The notes under the pieces: generated by a model
Seen by the model: the letters and a program-made list of their open reading frames with translations, nothing else
Database searches by the model: none
What the model was told of the DNA's origin: nothing
DNA from: a virus
IMG/VR virus record: IMGVR_UViG_3300045974_000563
Strand: one strand, 5' to 3'
DNA: 37,520 bases
Translations under genes and position numbers: made by a program
Part shown: piece by piece, positions 13,846 through 20,900 of the stretch
Numbering within the stretch: the first letter of the stretch is position 1
Layout of the letters: the number at the start of each line of letters is the position of its first letter

Positions 13846-14507
13846 AGAATCGCCGCGTTCACTGGTCTGAGCCTTTGACCGAACTGCTCATCGAGACGTA
13901 TCCGCACATCCCGACCCAGTGGCTGGCCAGCGTTCTTAAAATCAGCATCCAGGCCGTTTACAACAAAGCCTTGTCACTGGGCCTGACCAAGACAGCCGAA
14001 TTTATGGCCAGCGAATTTGGCACTCGCCTTCGCCGGGGCGACCAGATTTGCGCTGCTACACGTTTTCGAAAAGGGCAGACCCCCTGGAACAAGGGGAAAC
14101 ATTACGTCGCCGGAGGCCGGTCAGCTGATACCCGATTTACGAAAGGTAATCAATCCGGCCGGGCCCGACAGCTTTATCAGCCGATCGGCAGCGAGCGCCT
14201 GAGCAAGGATGGCTATCTGCAGCGCAAGATCAATGACGACATGCCCCTGCAGAGACGCTGGCGCGGTGTCCACATCATCAACTGGGAAGCCATCAATGGC
14301 CCCCTCCCACATGGCCACGCTCTCATCTTCAAGGATGGCAACAAACAGAACACCGATCCGGAAAATCTGGAACTCGTCACTCGTGCCGAACTGATGCGCC
14401 GAAATTCATGCCATCGCTACGGCAAGGAAATCGCCCAACTCGTTCAGCTTCGCGGCGCCCTCACTCGTAAGATCAACAGCATCGAAAGGAAACAACATGG
14501 CCAATGA
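13842..14507 (+). CDS. HNH (HNH_3-type) homing-like endonuclease with N-terminal HTH
   Basis: VHIINWEAINGPLPHGHALIFKDGNKQNTDPENLELVTRAELMRRN. The ATG overlaps the HD gene stop. Confidence 0.65.
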   Translation: MKNRRVHWSEPLTELLIETYPHIPTQWLASVLKISIQAVYNKALSLGLTKTAEFMASEFGTRLRRGDQICAATRFRKGQTPWNKGKHYVAGGRSADTRFTKGNQSGRARQLYQPIGSERLSKDGYLQRKINDDMPLQRRWRGVHIINWEAINGPLPHGHALIFKDGNKQNTDPENLELVTRAELMRRNSCHRYGKEIAQLVQLRGALTRKINSIERKQHGQ

Positions 14508-14811
14508 CACCATCGAACTGCGCAACATCCTATTCGACACCCTGCGCGATCTCCGCGACAAGAAAGACCCGATGGATATCGAGCGCGCCAGGACGATTAG
14601 TCAGGTAGCGCAGACCGCAATCAGTTTGGCCAAAGTCGAGGTCGACCACATGAAGGTTACGGGAGCGCCATCGTCATCCGGCTTTCTGCCAGCACCGGCT
14701 ACGCCGACGGCAACCGGATCAAGCACTCAACAGGTTCCCGCATTGCCGAAAACACCCGGCGTTGCTGAACAGATCATGGCGGCCAATGTCACCCGCCATG
14801 AGTGCAAGTAA
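14497..14811 (+). CDS. Hypothetical protein (104 aa)
   Basis: ORF track. RBS aaaggaaac. Confidence 0.5.
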   Translation: MANDTIELRNILFDTLRDLRDKKDPMDIERARTISQVAQTAISLAKVEVDHMKVTGAPSSSGFLPAPATPTATGSSTQQVPALPKTPGVAEQIMAANVTRHECK

Positions 14812-14838
14812 CGCCATAGTTTAAAACCGGAACATTCC

Positions 14839-15123
14839 ATGGCACGCTACGTCCTCATCGCCAAATTCTGTGAGCTGACAGGCTACACAGACACGGCCGT
14901 GCGTGCCAAGATTAGAGATGAAGTATGGCTGGAAGATCAGGAATACAAAAAAGCACCTGACGGCCACATCGTTATCGACATGGATGGATACGAATTATGG
15001 GTGGAGAAAGGTCTTACGAAGGGGTTCGCTCCCGTAGCGCAAAAAGCATCGAGATCGATTTCATCTACCGGGAAGAACGTTGCCGGGAAACATTCAGGAT
15101 CGCCCCAACCCCTGCAAATCTGA
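14839..15123 (+). CDS. xis: Excisionase-like protein
   Basis: Small ORF just upstream of and overlapping int. FCELTGYTDTAVRAKIRDEVWLEDQEYKKAPDGHIVIDMDGYELW resembles excisionase-type winged-helix proteins. Confidence 0.55.
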   Translation: MARYVLIAKFCELTGYTDTAVRAKIRDEVWLEDQEYKKAPDGHIVIDMDGYELWVEKGLTKGFAPVAQKASRSISSTGKNVAGKHSGSPQPLQI

Positions 15124-16205
15124 AGAAGGTGTCCCGGCATCGAGCTTCGATCCTCGATGCGATCGCGCACAATATTTTCGACTATGCTGTCACCTTCCCG
15201 GAATCCAAAAACCGCTTCAAATTTGCCGACCGGCCACAGAGCGCCGGTACTTGCCTAGAGGACTATCTCGAAATATGGATCACGGGCAAGCAGAAGCAGC
15301 TGAAGGCCAGCACCTGGGCTGGATATAACAAAATTGTCATCATGCTCAACCAGACCGACCTGGGGCGCATCCTGCTGCCCGATCTTCGCCGAGTTCACGT
15401 GCGCGACTGGTGCAAGAAGCAGGTGAGTAGTAACAAATGGCTGGCCAACGTGCAAAGTGTGCTGCGCTCGGCTCTGCAGGATGCCCTGGATGATGACCTG
15501 ATCGAAACTAATCCGCTCTATGGCTGGAAGTATGAAAATGCCGACACCATCAAGGTCAAGGATGACGTCGATCCGTTCGAATCAAACGAGCGCGAGGCGA
15601 TACTGGCCGCCATGATAGAGCCTCAGCACAAAAACATGTTCGAGTTTCTGTTCTGGACCGGCCTGCGCACATCAGAGCTGGTCGCGCTGACCTGGGACGA
15701 TATCGACTGGATACGCGATGAGGCCAGAATCAACAAGGCCAAGACGCAGTTTGCCGACGAGCCGGAGACAACCAAGACACGCAAGGGAATCCGCGATGTC
15801 AAACTGCTCGCGCCGGCCCTGGCCGCACTCAAGCGCCAAAAGGAACAGACATTTTTACAAGGGGGAGTTATTTTCCGCGATCCGCGCACTGGCGAACCGT
15901 GGGAGGGCGACGAGGCGATCCGCCAAGGCCCCTGGAAGACGGCGATCAGGAAATCTGGGGCCAGATATCGACGCCCCTACCAAACACGTCATACCTACGC
16001 ATCCATGATGCTCACTGCGGGCGAGCCGCTTGGATGGGTTGCCAATCAAATGGGGCACAGCGATCTGAGCATGCTGGCCCGGGTGTACGCCCGGTGGATC
16101 AAGTCGGCGACACCCGATGTGGGCAACAAAGCCGTGGCCATGTTTTCCGCCAATAAAACCTGTGACTCAAATTGTGACTCAGCGAAGTCAAATGACGATA
16201 TATAA
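14997..16205 (+). CDS. int: Tyrosine integrase (lambda-type, with arm-binding N-terminal domain)
   Basis: GVRSRSAKSIEIDFIYREERCRETF is the N-terminal domain. The catalytic region includes TGLRTSELVALTWDDI and TRHTYASMMLTAGEPLGWVANQMGHSDLSMLARVYARW. Confidence 0.9.
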   Translation: MGGERSYEGVRSRSAKSIEIDFIYREERCRETFRIAPTPANLKKVSRHRASILDAIAHNIFDYAVTFPESKNRFKFADRPQSAGTCLEDYLEIWITGKQKQLKASTWAGYNKIVIMLNQTDLGRILLPDLRRVHVRDWCKKQVSSNKWLANVQSVLRSALQDALDDDLIETNPLYGWKYENADTIKVKDDVDPFESNEREAILAAMIEPQHKNMFEFLFWTGLRTSELVALTWDDIDWIRDEARINKAKTQFADEPETTKTRKGIRDVKLLAPALAALKRQKEQTFLQGGVIFRDPRTGEPWEGDEAIRQGPWKTAIRKSGARYRRPYQTRHTYASMMLTAGEPLGWVANQMGHSDLSMLARVYARWIKSATPDVGNKAVAMFSANKTCDSNCDSAKSNDDI

Positions 16206-16330
16206 GCGTCACAAACAAGTCACAACAACAAGCTAAGCGATTGATTTATATGTATTTTATTGGTGTGCCCGGAGGGACTCGAACCCGCCAATATGCACGA
16301 TTTTACGAAGTTTCAAAGGCGCTGTGACTT
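16161..16330. promoter_or_regulatory. attP region with TGTGACT-type repeats (16161..16169, 16173..16181, inverted 16208..16213 and 16218..16224, 16323..16330); candidate integrase arm sites
   Basis: Repeats read directly on both sides of the tRNA-like core. AT-rich surroundings, immediately downstream of int. Confidence 0.45.
16261..16289 (-). tRNA. tRNA 3' end fragment (T-arm + acceptor + CCA), the attP core; not a complete tRNA gene
   Basis: Minus strand reads ggcgggttcgagtccctccgggcacacca (GTTCGAGTC T-loop, 7-nt acceptor, discriminator A, CCA). No matching 5' acceptor strand lies upstream. The isotype cannot be assigned; the end resembles Arg-type tRNAs. Confidence 0.7.
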
Positions 16331-16582
16331 ATTTGCGACATCGTCCGATATAAACGAGTATTTAGCCCAGCACCACCGTAGCCAATCCCGGCGCCAGCTG
16401 CTCGACGTGGCGATCATGCCGAGATGGAGCAGCGAATTGTCAGTATGGCCCATAGATCACCTTGATCAATAATTTCTGCCAAGCAATCCACGCTTGCAGG
16501 CTATGCTGCCAGAATACCAGCGTCGGCGGGTGAGCCGCTTTCCATTGATTAAGATCAGTCACAGGTGCCAGCATGATTGCTC

Positions 16583-16780
16583 CTAGTAGTAACCATTGAC
16601 GATAACAATTTTCAGATCGTCATCATGGGTATCGCCTTCCGGCGCAGCTGTCAGAAAGTGCGACCGCACCTCGGGAAAATAATGGCCTCGACCGGCCTTG
16701 CAGTGCGCATCAAAATAATCCCGCATCTGCTCGCAGGTAGCCGCTTTGGGGAAATTCACCTGGCGTTCGGTTTCGGTCAT
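16583..16780 (-). CDS. Hypothetical protein (65 aa from ATG 16780), last gene of the late operon
   Basis: The ATG overlaps the Rz stop as ATGA. The track ORF extends to 16822. Confidence 0.4.
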   Translation of the reverse strand: MTETERQVNFPKAATCEQMRDYFDAHCKAGRGHYFPEVRSHFLTAAPEGDTHDDDLKIVIVNGYY

Positions 16781-17259
16781 TTCGGCCACGCATCGATCAA
16801 GGTTTGTCGTTCGGAAAGGCATTCGTCAGCTGCTCCTGCCACTTTTGAATATTCAGCCGTGCACTCGCTGAATACGGTAATGGCGGCGTCGGCGACGTGA
16901 CGGGCGGCATCGACGGTAAGGGTAGCGATTCGACTGCGCAGTTGGGTGGCGGCGAGGCGCACCCGGTCAAGCTCAGACTGCAGGCCAGCAATAGTCTGCT
17001 CAAGCTCAATTTGGCGTTTGGCGGCTTCATTTTCGGCGATTTCCTTTTGATGGATTTGGGCGAGATGCTGTTCAAGCGCGAGCTTGTCGGCCCTGGATTT
17101 TTCAATGGCATATTGATTGGCAGCGCGCTGAAAGCCGATGTTTTCGTGATACGACACGAACCGGTAGTAACCGGCCATCAGCGCAATGCCCAGCAGGACG
17201 ATGCCGATGATTTGCGTGGCAAAGCGATACGGCGCCGGGATCAGATCGAGGATGCTCAT
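16777..17259 (-). CDS. i-spanin (Rz-like, DUF2514-type)
   Basis: N-terminal TM segment (IIGIVLLGIALMAGYY) followed by a long coiled coil. Lies immediately downstream of the endolysin. Confidence 0.75.
   Translation of the reverse strand: MSILDLIPAPYRFATQIIGIVLLGIALMAGYYRFVSYHENIGFQRAANQYAIEKSRADKLALEQHLAQIHQKEIAENEAAKRQIELEQTIAGLQSELDRVRLAATQLRSRIATLTVDAARHVADAAITVFSECTAEYSKVAGAADECLSERQTLIDAWPK
16797..17030 (-). CDS. o-spanin (Rz1-like lipoprotein) fully embedded in the Rz gene in another frame
   Basis: MKPPNAKLSLSRLLLACSLSLTGC|ASPPPNC... has a lipobox LTGC followed by a Pro-rich mature part. ATG at 17030. Confidence 0.7.
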   Translation of the reverse strand: MKPPNAKLSLSRLLLACSLSLTGCASPPPNCAVESLPLPSMPPVTSPTPPLPYSASARLNIQKWQEQLTNAFPNDKP

Positions 17260-17780
17260 GCCAGCACCTCTTTGGCGATCTGGTAAAACGCCAGGCGTTC
17301 GGCCTGGCCATTCAGCCCGCCATTGATGCAGCGTGTGATGCGCTCGAAGCGGCCGGCATCGGCGAGATCGTTCAGGCTGTGCGAGGACCAGAACCAGCCG
17401 GCCGAGTCGCTAGCACAGGTAACCGTTTCAAGCATTTCCGGATGGGCGATCAGAATGTCCGGATCGCCGAAAAGCGCGATCGAGCAGGATTCATAATTCG
17501 AACGGCCCGTAATTTGAATCAGACCGCGGCCCTTGAAGCGAACACCATCGCCCGGCTCAGTATTGCCCAGATCGGCGCGGCCTTCGTAGGCAGCACCGCT
17601 GGCAATCTCTTTGACGTACAGAAACGATTGGGATTCGTGGGCAATCTGCGCCAAAAAAGCTGCTTGTCGTGCTGGGGTGTTGATCTCGTAGCGATTCATT
17701 GCTTCGTTCAACGGACCCAAAAAAATGCCGGCTTTCTGGCCGGCATGAGGGATGATCTTTTTGAGTTGATCGAGAGTCAT
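17256..17780 (-). CDS. Endolysin, glycoside hydrolase family 19 type
   Basis: AAFLAQIAHESQSFLYVKEI...YEGRADLGNTEPGDGVRFKGRGLIQITGRSNY. ATG 17780 follows ggagga. The track's upstream extension was rejected. Confidence 0.85.
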   Translation of the reverse strand: MTLDQLKKIIPHAGQKAGIFLGPLNEAMNRYEINTPARQAAFLAQIAHESQSFLYVKEIASGAAYEGRADLGNTEPGDGVRFKGRGLIQITGRSNYESCSIALFGDPDILIAHPEMLETVTCASDSAGWFWSSHSLNDLADAGRFERITRCINGGLNGQAERLAFYQIAKEVLA

Positions 17781-17890
17781 TGGATATCCTCCGGCAAGCG
17801 GCCGGGTGGCTGTTTGTGTTTCGAGACTTCCCAGGCGCCGGCGATGGCCGCGATGAGACAGCACAATACGATGCAGGCGGTTTCCATCAT
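17777..17890 (-). CDS. 37-aa single-TM peptide between holin and endolysin (possible lysis regulator)
   Basis: MMETACIVLCCLIAAIAGAWEVSKHKQPPGRLPEDIQ. Start and stop overlap the holin stop and the endolysin start. Confidence 0.4.
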   Translation of the reverse strand: MMETACIVLCCLIAAIAGAWEVSKHKQPPGRLPEDIQ

Positions 17891-18186
17891 GGCGCCCTCC
17901 CCTGGATGACGCGCTGGAACAGGCGCTCAAGACCGGAGGTGCCGAGACTGGCCAGGCCAGCCGCCACGCCAATCTGCCCGAGCAGCGGCAAGTCGGGCAC
18001 CCAGACCAACACGGCACCGGCGGCCATGGCAATACCCCCCGTCGACAAGGATCGGCCGATGATGATGCGCAGGTTCAAGACTTCGGCGCTGGCCAGCAAT
18101 TGGCCCACCCCGATGCTGATGCCGACCAGCGCGAACATGAAGGCATTGGCCAGCTGCTCAAACAGTGAAACGACTTTTTCAGGCAT
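17887..18186 (-). CDS. Holin (99 aa, multi-TM)
   Basis: Starts MPEKVVSLFEQLANAFMFALVGISIGVG.... Hydrophobic segments are present. RBS ggaggg. Positioned upstream of the endolysin. Confidence 0.65.
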   Translation of the reverse strand: MPEKVVSLFEQLANAFMFALVGISIGVGQLLASAEVLNLRIIIGRSLSTGGIAMAAGAVLVWVPDLPLLGQIGVAAGLASLGTSGLERLFQRVIQGRAP

Positions 18187-18460
18187 TGCCCCCTCCGATT
18201 TTTGACGGCGCTGCGCCATCCGGCCATTGCCGGTATTCCGGCGATGATTGCAGACGTTTCCACTCGGCTTCGTAGGCCGCCTGGCAATGATTTGGCTGCC
18301 AGAAGAACAGGCCATCGATGAGCTGACGCGCCCGGGCCCAGGAAGCCGAACGCTCGCGCAGGCGCCAGGCGTGCGCCGACAGCGTTTCATCGGCCCAGCC
18401 ATCGCTGGTCAGCGTGTTGAAGACCTGGTCGACAGCAATCAGAAACTGATGGATTCTCAT
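18179..18460 (-). CDS. Hypothetical protein (93 aa)
   Basis: ORF track. Overlaps both neighbours. Confidence 0.45.
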   Translation of the reverse strand: MRIHQFLIAVDQVFNTLTSDGWADETLSAHAWRLRERSASWARARQLIDGLFFWQPNHCQAAYEAEWKRLQSSPEYRQWPDGAAPSKIGGGNA

Positions 18461-18897
18461 CGCCAGGCCGCCGGCACGATCTCATCCATCCGTGCGGCCG
18501 TGATCAGACCGGCAGCGACAAGCGCCTGCAGACCGCCGAGCGTGCGCGGATCCTTGTAGACAATCTCGGTGGCGGCGATCATGCGGTCGTACCAGAGCTT
18601 GACCTGCGGACTGGCCAGCGTCGCCGTGACGATGGCCAGTTGCTCGGCATCGGTGAAGCGGTCCATGAACTGGAGGGATGTCGACGATCGGGGAATGAGA
18701 CTAGTTGGACTGACATAGGCCGCGATCGCGCCGAATTCGCCGGCCTCAGCCCGTATGAATAATTCGCGACCGTGAGATTCGGTATCGCTCGCGCTGGCTG
18801 AGAAGGAAACTTCATCGCCTATCCACGGAAAATTCACGATCAGATCAATCGCCGTATGCTCGTCGTCAGACCATTTAGGTGTATGCGCAGTAATCAT
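18457..18897 (-). CDS. Tail fibre assembly/chaperone-like protein
   Basis: Position directly after the fibre gene. The segment ESHGRELFIRAEAGEFGAIAAY resembles tail fibre assembly proteins. Weak call. Confidence 0.4.
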   Translation of the reverse strand: MITAHTPKWSDDEHTAIDLIVNFPWIGDEVSFSASASDTESHGRELFIRAEAGEFGAIAAYVSPTSLIPRSSTSLQFMDRFTDAEQLAIVTATLASPQVKLWYDRMIAATEIVYKDPRTLGGLQALVAAGLITAARMDEIVPAAWR

Positions 18898-20015
18898 TAT
18901 GCAATCCTCTGCCAGATGCCGCCGACGTCACCGCCGTATTGAGAAAATGTTGAAGCCCCCGTAATGTTTCTCCACGTTCCAGAGAGCGTTACATAGGCGA
19001 GACCCGTTCCAGGATTTCCTGTATAGATACCCAAACTGCTACCCGACACAGTTGCCAGATTGGCTGTACCAGTATTCATGACAAGCACCGGGTTAGTGAT
19101 AATCGTCCCTACTGGAAGCGTGGCATTAACGTCCTTTGACAGAAAGTTCGCTGGATTTGCCGGGGTGTAAGCCAGAGCGGAAATGACTGATGCAGTCAAT
19201 TGTGCATTTGTCACGACTCCGGCATTTCCACCCACTGATGTCACATCGCTAGCCACCGCGTTCAGAACACCACTAACCAGCGTCAGACGAGAGCCGAGTG
19301 ATATTTCCTCGGGACTACCGCCGCCAGCCGTCGAGCGGCCAATCAGCTTGCCGGTGCTCATGGCGGCCATCTTGGCCCAGGTGATGATGCTATTGGCGAT
19401 CTTGGCGGCGGAGCTGACCGCGCCATCCATGATGGATATTGCCGAGTCCGCCGAATCGGCCGATGAGGCGTGGGTTGCGTTGGCGACATAGGTCGTGCCG
19501 ATCGCTGCAACGATTTGTGCAGCCGTTGCGGCGCTGATCGATCCATCACCCGCGCTGCGCAGGATTCCGGATATTGCGCCGATGGCAGCCTGGAAAGCAG
19601 TCGAAGGCTGATAGGCTGCCGAGCCTAGTCCGCTGGCTGGCGTGACATTCAACCACACCGAGGCGACGCCCGGCGTCACGGTTGTCACGTTAGCCACATT
19701 CTGGGTCAGCATCCAGATTGAGCCGCTGTGATAGACGCTGGCTGGCACGTTCAGCGCGCCGGTCAGCGTGCTCCATGGACCTTTGTAATTGACGGCGGCC
19801 ATGGCGATATCACGCGCTGCAGCGGCATCTGAAGCCTTGGTCGTTGCCGTTGCGGCTGCCGACGTTGCAGCAACCTGGTTGCTGTTGACATCGGCCTGCA
19901 GCGCGTTGGCTTCAGTGATGAAGGTTGGCAACGCCGCCATGAAGGTATCGCCCCGCGCCGAGAAATTGGCGGGATCCTGGCGCGATGGCGGCGTCGGTAA
20001 AGCGGTAATGGTCAT
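18897..20015 (-). CDS. Tail fibre / receptor-binding protein (no VR)
   Basis: N-terminus LPTPPSRQDPANFSARGDTFMAALPTFITEANALQADV, Ala/Ser/Thr-rich shaft, located in the tail-tip module. It has no similarity to the TR. Confidence 0.65.
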   Translation of the reverse strand: MTITALPTPPSRQDPANFSARGDTFMAALPTFITEANALQADVNSNQVAATSAAATATTKASDAAAARDIAMAAVNYKGPWSTLTGALNVPASVYHSGSIWMLTQNVANVTTVTPGVASVWLNVTPASGLGSAAYQPSTAFQAAIGAISGILRSAGDGSISAATAAQIVAAIGTTYVANATHASSADSADSAISIMDGAVSSAAKIANSIITWAKMAAMSTGKLIGRSTAGGGSPEEISLGSRLTLVSGVLNAVASDVTSVGGNAGVVTNAQLTASVISALAYTPANPANFLSKDVNATLPVGTIITNPVLVMNTGTANLATVSGSSLGIYTGNPGTGLAYVTLSGTWRNITGASTFSQYGGDVGGIWQRIA

Positions 20016-20900
20016 TTAGATCATCCCTTCGATGTTGATCGTGCAATACGATTTGGTGGCATAAGCGATGTCGATTTCGAAATCCCGGAAGAACCCGTAA
20101 ATCAGCATCGATGAATAGATTTCTGAACCGACCCAGACGACCGGCATGGCGCGCACGGACGACAGCATGGCGTGCACTCGATCGAGGTCGCTGTTGTCGA
20201 GAATGACTTTGACCCCCATGCGCTTGGCGAAACTGCGCGGGACGATGGACGCATTGCCGAAACTGTCGGTCGTTTTTTGCGAGTAATCATTGATGCCCAG
20301 AGTAGGACTGCGCAGCGCGCCGCCGATCTCCGACTTGAGGCCGGCGATGCACAGGCCGCAAGACACTGTGCCGGATGGCTTGCTCAGCGCGACGGTGATG
20401 GACGCTTCGCCGAAGACGGGAAGATCGGTAAGCACCAGGTAATCGCGTGTCAGGATCGGATCGAAGAAGTAAGAAAACCAGTCAATGACCGAGCTGCTGT
20501 CCGTCATCGCCTGTATTTTTGTATAAACGACATCCGGCCCCCGGGTCATGGTGACCGTGACGCTGGCCGCGTCGACCTGCAACAGCGCGACCGAATCGGC
20601 CCGGCCGGGCAACAGGGTGGCGATGAGACTGGCTTCCGCGGATGACAGCGTACCGACAACGCCGTCGAACATGGCCCAGCGGTTGGTTGGCCCGATATCG
20701 ACCCACCATTCGATACCGGCTGTTTGCGGATCGTGCGCGACATTGCTGGCCTGGACGGATTCCCAGATACGATGCGCCTGGATGGCATGTGAGCCAACGG
20801 TATAGACCGTGGCGATATCCCATGCGGCGTAGTCGGTTTCAGGAATGCTGCTCGATAGCAACTGAGCATCGCCAATAGTGGCCTGACGAATCAGTTTCAT
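20016..20900 (-). CDS. Distal tail / tail-tip protein of unknown type
   Basis: 294-aa ORF immediately downstream of the tape measure (stop/start overlap). No domain recognised with confidence. Confidence 0.45.
   Translation of the reverse strand: MKLIRQATIGDAQLLSSSIPETDYAAWDIATVYTVGSHAIQAHRIWESVQASNVAHDPQTAGIEWWVDIGPTNRWAMFDGVVGTLSSAEASLIATLLPGRADSVALLQVDAASVTVTMTRGPDVVYTKIQAMTDSSSVIDWFSYFFDPILTRDYLVLTDLPVFGEASITVALSKPSGTVSCGLCIAGLKSEIGGALRSPTLGINDYSQKTTDSFGNASIVPRSFAKRMGVKVILDNSDLDRVHAMLSSVRAMPVVWVGSEIYSSMLIYGFFRDFEIDIAYATKSYCTINIEGMI

Noticed and set aside
16260-16472. Track ORF of 70 aa, and the possibility of a complete tRNA gene here.
   Set aside because: The first ~29 nt are the reverse complement of a tRNA 3' end only. 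No 5' acceptor strand, D-arm or anticodon arm follows. The rest is AT-rich attP arm sequence.
17256-18402. Long N-terminal extensions of the endolysin (to 18032) and holin (to 18402) in the ORF track. The same applies to 27575..28381, 25966..26538 and 8247..9092.
   Set aside because: The extensions are Arg/Pro-rich, overlap the upstream genes and start at non-ATG codons. Internal ATGs with good Shine-Dalgarno sequences give proteins of canonical length.
18897-20015. The tail fibre gene as a fifth DGR target.
   Set aside because: No segment resembles the TR or the invariant gccgagtgtcgggtccgtgcc block, which occurs only five times in the window (the TR plus four VRs).
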